Made by a program: the position numbers and the translations under genes | Part shown: in pieces, positions 25,110 through 39,569 of the stretch | Layout: every line of letters begins with the position of its first letter | Numbering within the stretch: position 1 is the stretch's first letter | Source of the DNA: Octopus vulgaris | Taxonomy: Eukaryota | Assembly: GCA_951406725.2 (NCBI GenBank) | Contig: OX597828.1 | Location: 74,710,001 to 74,774,000 of the forward strand | Direction of reading: 5' to 3' | DNA length: 64,000 nucleotides | Notes under the pieces: generated by a model | Told to the model about the DNA's origin: nothing | The model's database searches: none | Seen by the model: the letters and a program-made list of their open reading frames with translations, nothing else

Positions 25110-25803
25110 TACTGTAATATTTCTTCGACGTCCTGAAATTTTCTTCCTTTCAAGCGGTATTTGAATTTTGGAAAGAGGAAAAAGTCGAAAGATGCGAGAT
25201 CTGGGGCATACGGTGACTGTCGGACCTGGGGGATGCTGTGCCTAGCCAAAAGCTGCTGCACAAGCTGCGCTGAATGGGCAGGTGCGCTGTCAGCTGAAAG
25301 CAGTTTTGGCACAAACTTGGCACACACGCATCTCATACCTAAACCTCCAGCGATAATGGACTGAACTGAACCGGAACTAATCTGCGCATTCTCTGAAAAC
25401 TCACGGACGGTGATTCGACGATTTCCCCTCACAGCTGCACGCACATCTGCAATGTTTATCTCAGTTCTGTTGGTTGCGGGTCTCCCAGAACGTTCGTCAC
25501 TATCGACATGTTTTCTGCCCAAACACTCCTCTCCATACACTTTCTGCAACTTTGCGTTGGCCTCTGAACAGATATTGCAAAGCTTTTGGCAAAATTCGAT
25601 GCAGATTCGTGCTTAATGCGACGATCACACGCTACACATATTCCTTCCAAGCTCTGCAGTAAACAGCGGGTGTGAAGTAGAAAGCTAAAACTTAGTGCGC
25701 ATGCACGGCAGAATTCAAGGTCAGTCTGTAAACAGCTTCGATCTGGGTGTTTTAGCTTCGTTACTATGGCAACAGTCCGGATACTTATTGATCAGACCAC
25801 GTA
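25110..25803 (-). mobile_element. Second mariner lineage (irritans-like); internally deleted transposase, one TIR
   Basis: Minus TIR TACGTGGTCTGATCAATAAGTATCCGG; peptide RICIEFCQKL..LQKVYGEECLGR, DERSGRP, AKFVPKLLS fused in frame to DSAPAHS...PYAPDLASFDFFLFPKFKYRLKGRKF. Confidence 0.9.
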
Positions 25804-25923
25804 TAAGCACAAGGAAATGGAAAACAAACTCAGGAGGTCGCCAAATCCTCAGCAGTTATCGTCCAAAAGATCTACGCAATTTCGCACCTTTACATATACA
25901 CACACACACGCATACAAATGCAT

Positions 25924-26041
<118 letters not shown>

Positions 26042-26589
26042 TGTATATATGTATACATATATATATATATATATATATTTGTGGGTGGGGTATGTATGTA
26101 TGTTATGTAGGTAGGTAGGTAAGGTAGGTATATCAAATACTATACAAGAGAAATTCTTGATTTCTTAGAATTATCTCTACATCTAATGAATGTGTCATAA
26201 TTATCAAATGTTAATTAAGAAAAGTTCCATATGAGAAGGGATAATAATCTCCAAGAATCAAGAATTTCTGCAAAGTTGACAACATGCCATTTATAAAAAA
26301 TGGCGCGCGCGCGTGTCTGTGTGCGTGTGTGTGTGTGCAAGTGTGTGTTTGTATTCCTGTGTGCGTGTGCAAGTGTGTGTTTGTATTTGTGCGCGTGTGT
26401 GTGTGTATATGAGTGTGTGCTTGTATTTGTGTGTCTGTTCAGTAGGTTTAGAACCAATATCAGCTTGTTTACGTCATCGTAACCTAGCGGTTCGGTAAAT
26501 GGGGAACGCGCTGAATAAGTGCCAGCGTGGCCACACACAGTCCCCAGTCACTGAAACAAGTAGAATAACGGTTTCAAAATGCGGCAGAG

Positions 26590-26780
26590 ACAGAGCCAGG
26601 AGTTTTCGAGGTGAGGATGGGGGTCGATTACATCGACTCGACTGGTACTTATTTTATCGATCCCGAAAGGATGGAAGGCAAAGTCGACCTCGGTGGAATT
26701 TGAACTCAGAACGTAAAGACGGACGAAATGCTGCTAAGCATTTTGTCCTACGTGCAAATGATACTGCTAGTGCGCTGCTT
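26590..26780 (-). mobile_element. SINE family C, monomer
   Basis: CCCGAAAGGATGGAAGGCAAAGTCGACCTCGGTGGAATTTGAACTCAGAAC. Confidence 0.85.
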
Positions 26781-26819
26781 TAATAATAATAATAATGATA
26801 CTAATAATAATGATAATCG

Positions 26820-27257
26820 CAGGGTCTCTATCTATCTGGGACCATGAGATAGAGAATAGGAAGCCAGACATAGTCTTAATTGAGAAAGAAAGCAAACTAT
26901 GCTGGATCATAGATATAGCATGCCCAGCTGACAACAAGGTATGCGATAAGGAAGAAAGAAAAGTCGACAGATTTGAGACAGGTTTGCTTGGGAGGTTCAG
27001 CAGTTGTGGTCGAGGGAAAAGGTGGTAGTGGTACCAATAATTGTTGGAGCCCTGGGAACAGTGAGTACAAATCTTGAGAAGTACATGGAACAAATAGTGG
27101 CTGCAATAAGAGTGGAGCGCTTGCAGAAAACAACACTTCTTGGAACCGCTCGAATACTCCGGAAGGTGCTCGAAAAATAAGAGGTGTTACCTTAGTTCAC
27201 TGGTAGTGAAGAGCTGACACAGTAGTACATTTCCAGCGTTAGAATCTGTGCAAAGGC
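26820..27257 (+). mobile_element. 5'-truncated R4/Dong-clade non-LTR retrotransposon (RLE endonuclease C-terminus + 3' UTR) in (TAA)n
   Basis: DHEIENRKPDIVLIEKESKLCWIIDIACPAD (PD-(D/E)xK type), VVPIIVGALGTV, LQKTTLLGTARILRKVLEK*; TAA repeats on both sides. Confidence 0.85.
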
Positions 27258-27334
<77 letters not shown>

Positions 27335-27347
27335 TAGTGATAATAAT

Positions 27348-27512
27348 GTAAAGGTAGAACACCAACAAAAATCAGCATTGCTTGGAACTGCAAGAATTCT
27401 TCGCTGAGTTCTTGAAGCACGACCAGTAAACAAGTGTCACCTTAGTCTGCTGGTTGTGGACAGCTGACACTTTCCATCATACTCAACAAAAGAAGCTGTG
27501 AGTTTTTATCAA
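27348..27512 (+). mobile_element. Second, different R4/Dong 3' fragment in the same (TAA)n tract
   Basis: VKVEHQQKSALLGTARILR*VLEA plus a 3' UTR resembling the upstream copy (GTGT.ACCTTAGT...CAGCTGACAC). Confidence 0.75.
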
Positions 27513-29118
27513 ATAATTATAAGGATTTCATTAATTTGCCACCAGGGCGAAGAATGAGGGCGACAAACACAAAGTGTGGACGTTTACATATAATAAAATG
27601 ATAAAATAAATAAATAAATAAATAACAAAAAAATGAGTAAGTATTCACGGTATACAAAGAAAAGGAAGGGAAATATACATAATATACAAAAGTAAAAAAA
27701 TAATAATAATAATAACGAGGATAAGAACATGTCAGAAATTGTCTCCCCTATTTGTTTGACTTCTTAAAACTTAAGGAACCTGTGGCTATAGCACGGGTCA
27801 TAAACAGTTTCGTAGATGTTTACGTCTTCGATTTGGTTCCATAGTTGAGGTAGTTTACAACGTAACACTCAAAAGTAGGTTGGACAAGACAAAATAATAT
27901 ATAAGTCATTATATATAATAATAAGACATTAGTCGTTCAGTTTATGTAATTATTTTTTAAATTTATTTTTCTCGTTACGTAAGTATTTCTATTCAGATTT
28001 AAAAAAGAAATATTCACTACGCTAACAATGGCACAACTGTTTGCTGGATATGATTTATCATTGGTTGGTTGGCTTGCTAGTGATGCGGCTAACTCACTCA
28101 CGTAGGTGTTCGGATCCGGTTTCTAGCCACTCGCTTATTATGCAATGACTTCCGGTTTGCTTAACCAAGATGTCTACCGTTGCAATAATGACATTGTTAA
28201 CTTAGAATTGCAGCCAGAATTATTTCGGTGTGGCCATTGCTGTAGAAATACACCGTTTAAAATATTGTGACCAATCAATTTAGACGTAATTAATGAGCTG
28301 TCATGTGTAGTTTGTAAATCCGGTCTCTTTCCTTAGCAGCTGTAAAATTTATCATATTATAAATAGCAAGAGATGTTTATCTATATTCGCTGGCGTGGCT
28401 GTGTGATTGTGAAGCTGGCTTTGCAGCCGCATGATTTCGAGTTTCTACTGTGCGGCACATTGCACGAGTGCGGCACATTGCTCCGGGCCCACCAATACCT
28501 TGTAAACTGTACAGAAGCACGTCACATGCGCGCGCGCTGCACACACACACACACACACACACACAAACACGCACGACCTTATGATCGGGAACCGAATACC
28601 CTAACCACTAAGTCACGCGCCTTCACACCCACACACGTACACACACACAAACACACACACACGCATATATCAGGGACGTGTCGCCTGGGTAGGCAAAGTA
28701 GGAAGTGCCCACCCTGAATTTTATTCTGGCAAAATCTGCATCTAATTCAATAAAATTATGAAGGTTACTCTGATTACTTTTTTTTTTTGTAGATTAGGTA
28801 GGCATAATTCACCCCTGCCTTCCAATCTCAGTATTAAAGCTACGCATAAATACTGCTGTAGTACACATGCTGCGTACACTCCTACAACAACGTTTTCTAT
28901 ACGCGCTATAAAGGCAGAAGTAAATCTGCCTTCAACTCAGTCGCACACCTGTGTTTGGCTTATTTTTTGTGCGTTTAAAATATTGTGACCAATCAATCTA
29001 GACGTAATGTGCAGTTTGTAAACACCGTCTCTTTCCTTAGCAGCTGCAAAATTTATCATATCATAAATAGCAAGAGATGTTTATCAATATTCGCAACTAG
29101 CAAAGAGTTGATTATCAA

Positions 29119-29572
29119 TCTGTAGATATAAAAGGCGGGATGCGTGTATGTGTGTATGTGTGTGTGTGTGTGTGCGTATGTACGCGAATGTAATTTATGC
29201 ACGTCCACAAATTAGCACGCATGTCGCTCCAATTTTAGGAGGACATTCGTTATGATCCTAGCTATATTTTCGTCAACTTATTTTTTCCAGAGGCACCAGC
29301 GAATAGCAGTAAAAATAAATTTTCATCCCAGACTTTCGACAATTTTCAAGTCGGAGAAATCACCGTTGTTTGCAAACAGGAGTTAAGTCCCCTTCTAGCG
29401 AGGAGTAAGCTTTTGTTAAGACTTTTTATTGTTTTTCCCATCGAAGAAAAAAGTGTTTTGTTGATATACGGGCAACACACACATACACACACAAACACAC
29501 ACACACACACACATACACGAACATGTATGCGAGCAAAAAACATGTATGCAATAGGTGTTCGTACGTACGTGT

Positions 29573-29618
<46 letters not shown>

Positions 29619-29772
29619 TGCCCATATATATATATATATATATATATAAACCAATTTCAACAGATTTCGCCCAAATTTGACGTCGATGTTCCTTAGTTTG
29701 GTTTGAAATAAAGAACTTGATTAGCTTAATAATCCTAACGTAATCCCGGGCAAAACCGAGTTATACTGCTAG
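29119..29772 (+). mobile_element. Non-autonomous Helitron
   Basis: A|TCTGTAGATATAAAAG ... CCCGGGCAAAACCGAG (imperfect hairpin) TTATACTGCTAG|T. Confidence 0.75.
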
Positions 29773-30423
29773 TTATCAATAAATGTCACCAACTGCCTAC
29801 CCTGAGTAAAACAGTTGCTCCCCCTCTTATTCTTTTACCTCCTCTTCTCCCAGTATTCTATCCTATTACTCTGTTACCCTCTCTCTCCCCCTCCTCCTCC
29901 CTTACTCACGTGGGTCCCACTTGACCATCGGCCATCTTTCTTCTCCTAACTTGTGTTTCTTTCTTTCTCTCCGTTGTAGCTGGAACAAGAAAGACGTGTT
30001 CTTGTCGGTCTCCTGTCTAAGCTTGATTTACGCGTTCGCCACCACAACCTCGTTTAGGCTTAGCAGCCCTTCCTGTTTCTTTTCACTGTACTGTTTATGT
30101 TACCAATTTTGACCCTCCGCAAAATCCCAAATTTTATTTAACTTGTTTTACGGGAGCAACTGTTTTATCGAAAGCGTATATTGTTGTTAAATGCTCGAAA
30201 TACGAGAGTAGAAAAACAGACAACAACTGATAAAGGGTTGTTCTTTATATTATTTGTCTTGTTTTCCATTTAATCTTTCGTTGTTCGAAAAAATAGTTCA
30301 TATTCCATGTACTCGTAATTCGTATTTTTTTGTTGTACACGTTCCGTGACGTCCTTGCCCACATATGCATATGTATATATATATATACGTATAGATGTAA
30401 GTATGTATATATATGTATGTATA

Positions 30424-30488
<65 letters not shown>

Positions 30489-30534
30489 TATTATAGGATT
30501 GAACGCCACGCATTCTCTTTCAAGTAAATTTTCC

Positions 30535-30583
<49 letters not shown>

Positions 30584-30676
30584 TATATGTATCTATATAT
30601 ATGCATATATGTATATATATATATGCATATATGTATATATATATGCATATATATACACAAATATATACATACATAA

Positions 30677-30742
<66 letters not shown>

Positions 30743-30771
30743 GTGCATACATAGAAACCATGCCAAGACAG

Positions 30772-30870
30772 ACAGGAGAGCTTGACGCAGTCCACTGGCT
30801 CGCCAGCTCCAGTGAAACCGTCCAACTAATGCCAGCATGGGAAACGGAATTAGATGGTGATGATGATAAT
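30772..30870 (+). mobile_element. 3' tail fragment of the RTE-related repeat at 55890-56255
   Basis: AACCGTCCAACTAATGCCAGCATGGGAAACGG followed by (GAT)n. Confidence 0.65.
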
Positions 30871-31153
30871 GATAATGAGGATAATGATGATGATGATATC
30901 ATACACACATACAAATACGCAGAATATATGTAACAGCACAAGCTGGATACATAATCATAACATTTTCTAAACATTATCATTAGATTGTTAGCTTTGCTTT
31001 TTTTTAATAACGTTTCCGTAAATCTCTTTAGCAGCTGACATTGGAACAGTCACTGTTTCTCCTCACAGACAGCAAATGTATCTGTAAGTACACACACACA
31101 TGGATAGATGGATGAGAATACAGTATATATAGCATAATGCTATATATATATAT

Positions 31154-31199
<46 letters not shown>

Positions 31200-31259
31200 A
31201 AACAGAATGAACAACAACGTTGCTATTATCTATTTGTATTGTATGTATGAATATATGTA

Positions 31260-31316
<57 letters not shown>

Positions 31317-31478
31317 ACGTATGTACGTATGAATGTATGCATTGAATGTGTCTATGCCATTTTTCAGTTTTATTTCCAGGTTTCTTTCCAATAAAGAAAG
31401 AACCGGTTTCTAACCTAGATCCAAGATTCCTTCATTGGAATTTCTACAACACCAACAGAGCATGTATGTATCTATGTG

Positions 31479-31849
31479 TGGATGCGCAATGGCCCAGTGG
31501 TTAGGGCAGCGGACTCGTGATCGTAGGATCGCAGTTTCGATTCTCAGACCGGGCGTTGTGAGTGTTTATTGAACGAAAATACTTAACGCTGCACGAGACT
31601 CCGGCAGAGGCTGGTGGCGAACCCTGCTCTACTCTTTCACTCCTTCCTTATTCTTGTTTCTGTTGTACCTCTATTTCAAAGGGACCAGCCTTGTCACACT
31701 CTGTGTTACGCTGAATCTCCCTGAGAACAACGTTAAGGAAACACGTGTCTGTGGAGTGCTCAGCCACTTGTACGTTAATTTCAGGAGCAGGCTGTTCCGT
31801 TGATCGGATCAACCGGAACCCTCGTCGTCGTAACCGACGGAGTGCCACC
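31479..31849 (+). mobile_element. tRNA-derived SINE, family A, full length
   Basis: GCGCAATGGCCCAGTGGTTAGGGCAGCGGACTCG...GTTTCGATTC; tail GTCGTAACCGACGGAGTGCC. Confidence 0.9.
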
Positions 31850-31880
31850 ACATGTATCTGTGTGTGTGTGTGTGTGTGTA

Positions 31881-31931
<51 letters not shown>

Positions 31932-31966
31932 CTGTGTGTGTGTGTGTGTGTGCGTGCATGTTTGTA

Positions 31967-32003
<37 letters not shown>

Positions 32004-32038
32004 CTCTGTGTGTGTGTGTGTGTGCGTGCATGTTTGTA

Positions 32039-32075
<37 letters not shown>

Positions 32076-32262
32076 CTGTGTGTGTGTGTGTGTGTGCGTG
32101 CATGTTTGTATGCTTCGTTTTATGTGTGTATTCTCATGCATATACTTGGATATCTAGACATGCTTATATATATACTTAAACGATAAACTTGTCTGTCTGT
32201 CTGTACGTATGTATGTATGTATGCATATATGCAAGCGTGTGAGTACTTCTGGACGGACGGGC

Positions 32263-32787
32263 GGATGGATGGATGGATGGATGGATGGATGGATGGATGG
32301 ATGGATGGATGGATGGATGGATGGATGGATGGATGGATGGATGGATGGATGGATGGATGGATGGATGGATGGATGGATGGATGGATGGATGGATGGATGG
32401 ATGGATGGATGGATGGATGGATGGATGGATGGATGGATGGATGGATGGATGGATGGATGGATGGATGGATGGATGGATGGATGGATGGATGGATGGATGG
32501 ATGGATGGATGGATGGATGGATGGATGGATGGATGGATGGATGGATGGATGGATGGATGGATGGATGGATGGATGGATGGATGGATGGATGGATGGATGG
32601 ATGGATGGATGGATGGATGGATGGATGGATGGATGGATGGATGGATGGATGGATGGATGGATGGATGGATGGATGGATGGATGGATGGATGGATGGATGG
32701 ATGGATGGATGGATGGATGGATGGATGGATGGATGGATGGATGGATGGATGGATGGATGGATGGATGGATGGATGGATGGATGGATG
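32263..32787. repeat. (GGAT)n microsatellite, about 525 bp, uninterrupted
   Basis: Direct reading. Confidence 0.97.
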
Positions 32788-32951
32788 TTTGAACTTCCAG
32801 ATTGTCATTTAAATATTAACTAACAAAGCCATAAAGACCGTTTATAATTGGTATAAATATGAATTTATCAGTTTTTATATGTGAGTATGTATATATGTTT
32901 ATTTGTATACATGTATAACTGTATACTCATCTCTCTATCTATCTATCTTGC

Positions 32952-32995
<44 letters not shown>

Positions 32996-33008
32996 TACAT
33001 ATATATAC

Positions 33009-33076
<68 letters not shown>

Positions 33077-33269
33077 GAATGCATAAATGTATGTTTGCAC
33101 ATCTCTACTTATGTAGATACGTGTGCATATATATCTGTAGCTACGTATACATCTATACATGTGTGTGTTCATGTGTGTATGCGTGAATGTTAAGCCCATG
33201 CCGTGAGTTGATACTCAGCGGAGGCTGTTGGTATTAAATGTGTAAATGCCAAGACGGTTGAACATCAAA

Positions 33270-33341
<72 letters not shown>

Positions 33342-33837
33342 TGCACAGATGCATATGCATTCAGATGTGGCCCAGATTGAGACCAGGCGTTTCGTTCACA
33401 TTCTATTTTACAAATGCCTACTGCCTACCCCGGGTGTCTATTCGCGACATATGCACTGTGTGTATATTACGCATGCAAAGTGCTTAATTAGGCATTTGTG
33501 CATGTGTAATTTGAATCTACACAGTCTACATAGAAGTATATATATACATGTATATATACACATACATACATTTATATATACGTGTGCGTCTACCAAGTTT
33601 CCGTCTACCAAATCTATTCACAGGGCTTTAGTCGTCCCGGGGCTATAGTTGAAGACAATTGCCCAGTGGGACTGAACCTGGAACCATGTGGTTGGGAAGT
33701 AATCTTCTTATCACACAACCAATCCTGTGCCTATGTGTATATGTGTGTGTGTGTGTGTGTGAATGTATGTATATAGTATATACCAAAACAAGTATACTCC
33801 TGTGTGTATGTGTGGAGTGAGAGAGAGAGACTGACAG

Positions 33838-34348
<511 letters not shown>

Positions 34349-34357
34349 CTTACATAC

Positions 34358-34388
<31 letters not shown>

Positions 34389-34603
34389 GAGAGAAAAAGA
34401 GAGATGTGTAAAGAGATGTGTAGATACGTAGGTATGTGGCATTATAATTGTAAATAGGTGTAGAGTACAATAGGCTGACACACAGACAGACAGACAGACA
34501 GACAGTCTGTTAGTCAGGTTTTAAGGTAAGTTCAGGTGAGGCGAGTTAATGCAACAGTTACCGTGACTCATTATTGTAGAGCAGTGCGACATGATTTACA
34601 TAC

Positions 34604-34726
<123 letters not shown>

Positions 34727-34750
34727 GTATATATATATATGTATATGTAT

Positions 34751-34805
<55 letters not shown>

Positions 34806-34939
34806 AAGAGATAGATAAAGATATAGAAACAGATATATAATCTTATATATTATATATATAAGATATTTATATGTATATATATATGGATGCATATGCATAT
34901 CTCTCTCTTTGTCTGTCTGTGTATATATATAAATATATG

Positions 34940-34980
<41 letters not shown>

Positions 34981-35414
34981 ATATATATATATATGATATA
35001 TATCTACACACGCACATATACATACATACATATATTTATATGTATATATATATACATATACATAAACAGACAGACAGACAGATAGATAGATAGAGAGAGA
35101 GATAGAGACAGAGAGAGAGAGAGTGATGCAGATAGATAAAGCAAAATAATAATACATAAAAGAAAATATTTATATTCATGATTAGTCAAGATGGCAGGTG
35201 TGACTCAAGGGTATAGAGTTTCGTACCGCTACACTTAATTAGAGAGATATGTAGCATCTGTTAGGGTGCACATGTGTGTGCATGCGTGTGTGGGTGTGTA
35301 TGTGTGTATGTGTATTTGCGTGTGCTTGTATATATATATATATATACATACATACATACACACACGTACACATACATGCATATATGTATATATATACACA
35401 CACACACACACGCA

Positions 35415-35560
35415 CGCATACACGCACCAACGTGCACATACGCAATACTTTCGCCCAAATGTGACTCATCGAATCCTTTAGTGTTGTTCCTAATCTGTTT
35501 TCAAAGATAAACCACTTTGATCAATAACCGTATTGAACACCAAACCGTTCACGTACACAC
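35415..35560 (+). repeat. About 140-bp segment duplicated identically at 40443-40588
   Basis: CGCATACACGCACCAACGTGCAC...CAAACCGTTCACGTAC is identical by eye at both sites. Confidence 0.92.
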
Positions 35561-35850
35561 ACACACACACACACACACATACACACACACACACACGCAG
35601 ATACGCACTGATATTCACCCGCACACATACACATACACATATATAAACACATAGATGCACAAACGTTTACTCACGAAGACATTTGTTCATACATACGCAT
35701 GCGCACATTTCTTTCGCATTCTGCCTCAGTTTGTTCGTGTGTGTATATGTGTATGTATATGTGTGTAAGTGTATATGTGTGTGTGTGAGGGATTTGTGAA
35801 TATAATGTGTGTATCCATATGTCTGTAAATGATGTTTATATATGAATAAG

Positions 35851-35895
<45 letters not shown>

Positions 35896-35964
35896 ATACA
35901 TACATACATACATACATACATACATACATACATACATACATACGGCAAAGAGCACACATACATG

Positions 35965-35998
<34 letters not shown>

Positions 35999-36323
35999 TG
36001 TGTGTGTATGTTGGTGTGTGTGTGTGTGTAGTGTAGACATGCGGTTCCATGAAAAGGGATCATCAGAAATGTGATGGTTTGCAGGGAAACGTAGCTGTTT
36101 CTAAGGAACTGTAACGGCCAAAATATGTTGATGATTGGCAAGACTGCATATTCGGTTTTGCCAATATCGGAGTCGCCAAATGCAACAGCTTGTAGGATGT
36201 ACACTCGATGTCAGGAGACCAAAAGAATGCAATTGACAGGTTTCTTCATTTCGAAGTCCACGGAATAAAAGACAGAAGCAAATAATAGTTGGAATGGCCT
36301 TTATTTTAATATATGTGTTTGTT

Positions 36324-36440
<117 letters not shown>

Positions 36441-36958
36441 AAACTGACATAACGATTTGATTGGCTGCTGAAGATTCGTGTTAAACGTTGCTCATTATCG
36501 CTCTCCTGTTTGAAAGAATTCCTCAAAAGTAAAATCCAAGACATGAGGAATGAATCGTCGGAGAACGATAGGAAACGGTAAAAGTAATAAATGTTACATA
36601 TATGAAAAAAAAATACCGCTTACATGGAGTGGGGGGGGGGGGCGGGGGCGAAATGTGTGTAAACTATAAAAATTATTGATTTTTAGGCATTCGATTAAAT
36701 TAAATTGAAAACAAAATATTTTGAAAATGTAAATTTGTGTTAAGGCGACCATTATAAAAATAGTGACAATAAATATTAGTTTAAAAGTGGGAATTTTCAT
36801 AAATAAATATACGCAGGAAACTCTGTGGACTTCAGGGATGTTTTTGAATGAAATATATTGAATTAAATATGTATTTCGTTGTCAATGCATTATAATAAGA
36901 TTGTATATTCGTGCCAAAAAAAAGCAACTATATATGTATGCATGTGAGTGTGTGCGTG

Positions 36959-37006
<48 letters not shown>

Positions 37007-37071
37007 TATATATGCATATATATGTATGTATACATACATATCTATGTAAATATGTATGCATATATTATTTT

Positions 37072-37488
37072 GTTCTTTTACTTGTTTCAGTCATTTGACT
37101 GCGACCATGCTGGAGCACCGCCTTTAGTCGAACAAATTGACCCCAGAACCCATTCTTTATAAGTCTATATATATATATTGCGTTTAAAATTTACGATACC
37201 TGTTTTCGTAGATTTTATTTATTTAATGTAGTCATAAAAGATTACATCATAATATATATTCACTGGACTAACTAATATTGGCTATGTCCAGGTCGATTTT
37301 AAAATAAACGAATGCTTGTGTTGATTAACACACACAGCCTTAAAAATATATATATATACACGGCAGGCTGCTACCAGTTTCCGTCTACTCACAAGGCTTT
37401 GATTGGCCCGAGGCTATAGTAGAAGACACTCGCCAAGGTGCCACGCTGTGGGACTGAAATCGGAACCATGTGGTTGGGAAGCAATTTC
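37072..37488 (-). mobile_element. SINE family B, interrupted by an AT-rich insert
   Basis: Tail 37072-37163 and head ~37360-37488. Confidence 0.75.
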
Positions 37489-37631
37489 TCCTTGATAATC
37501 ACGCTTGTTCACGACGCTAAAAAGCGTCTTTGTTTAATAAGCGCTGAGAAATCTTCCTGCACCACTAAACTGTGACGCTGCAATACTCGTGACGGTTATT
37601 GATAAAGGTATTATGTACCAAGTGACCAGTG

Positions 37632-37671
<40 letters not shown>

Positions 37672-38511
37672 ACGCGTGTGTGTGTGTGTGCACGCGTGTT
37701 TGTGTGTTCGTGTGTGCGTGCGTGAGCGTGTACAAAATTTAGAATTCCATATTTAATGCTAAAAGTATCAAAAAAAGGGCGTGTGGGGAAAATCAATATC
37801 AATAATTGCTTAATAATATTTTGAGTCTTTCAGCAACTATGTTAGACAATCTGTGACATATTTCGGCCTTATTAAACTTCATCATTGAACCATAAACCCC
37901 ATTATACAAACCGATGTTTCAGTACTGATAGCGTCTCTAAGTAAATATAATACAAACGTGTAATTACAGGTATAGAAAAGTAGAACTAATCAAAGAATCA
38001 ATTCATTTTTTAACGGCCATCATCATGAAAAATAAATTAGTTTTCCATGAGAGAAGGAGAGAGACGAAAGAATAGCGTCAGATTAAATTTGCACTCGCCT
38101 TTTCGCTTTGTCTCTCCTCATTGGCACCACGACCACCTCCACCGTTGCCATCGCTCAAGTAGAGTCGATTTGTCTTAATGAGAAAAACTAATTGAGCTCA
38201 GCAGAAAAGAAAAAAACGCGCCATGTCTTTTAATTAAATTTCTTATGCTCTGACTTCGACATATGTAGCATATCGAGAAAGTCTGTTGATGTCATTGCGC
38301 TGCAAGGCAATCGTAGGAACAGAGACACACGGTGGATAGAGACACACAGACACACACACACACACACAGACACAGACACACACATCTGCATAGAGATAGT
38401 TACACATCTGTATCACTTTTTCGTCTCTTTCTCTCCCTGTTTCTCTCCTTATATCTGTGCATGTGTGTATGTGCATATGTACGTGTATATATATATATGT
38501 GTGTATATATA

Positions 38512-38543
<32 letters not shown>

Positions 38544-38555
38544 ATAATACAAATG

Positions 38556-38586
<31 letters not shown>

Positions 38587-38622
38587 ATATATACGTGTGT
38601 GTATATATATATATATTATATA

Positions 38623-38659
<37 letters not shown>

Positions 38660-38730
38660 GTGTGTGTGTGTGTATATATATATGTGTGTATATATATATG
38701 TGTGTGTATATATATATATGTGTATATATG

Positions 38731-38763
<33 letters not shown>

Positions 38764-38800
38764 GTGTGTGTGTATGTATATATATATATATATATGTATG

Positions 38801-38832
<32 letters not shown>

Positions 38833-39036
38833 CATACATATATAAACACATATATATGTACATATATTTGCATAATGTTTATGTATAAATCTAAGCGGGC
38901 ATATTTTCACACTCACACATACACGCACATATATATATATATACATAAATTCATACACATATATGTGTGTGTCTATCAACTATATATAAGCACGTATATG
39001 TATGTGTATATATATATATACATACATACATATATA

Positions 39037-39145
<109 letters not shown>

Positions 39146-39196
39146 GTAACTGATATACAAGTGCATTTTCCTGACTTACGGACTCTTAGGCTGCTG

Positions 39197-39234
<38 letters not shown>

Positions 39235-39235
39235 C

Positions 39236-39270
<35 letters not shown>

Positions 39271-39520
39271 AATTAATGTAGAGAGGTGTATGTGTGCATA
39301 TGTGTGTAGGTGCGGAGGCGTGTATGGATTTATGCACGTATGTAGAGACTATGAAAATCTAGAAACCTCAAGGGAATTAGGAATATCAATCATGTTCCAA
39401 CAACGTGAAAGAACAAATAAGAAAATATGAAAAAATGCTTTTTATGAAAAAAAAAATCATAAACCAAGTCGTGCTTTCTAAACACAGATACTCACACACA
39501 CACATACACGTGTATGTATG

Positions 39521-39569
<49 letters not shown>

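Noticed and set aside
30163-30208. Hammerhead-variant TATCGAA-AGCGT..ATGCT-CGAAATA
   Set aside because: Core too degenerate and no stem I; would need a family consensus
31479-31552. tRNA gene (also 1140-1213 and 58423-58486)
   Set aside because: A/B boxes continue into SINE bodies and no complete acceptor stem is evident; these are SINE heads
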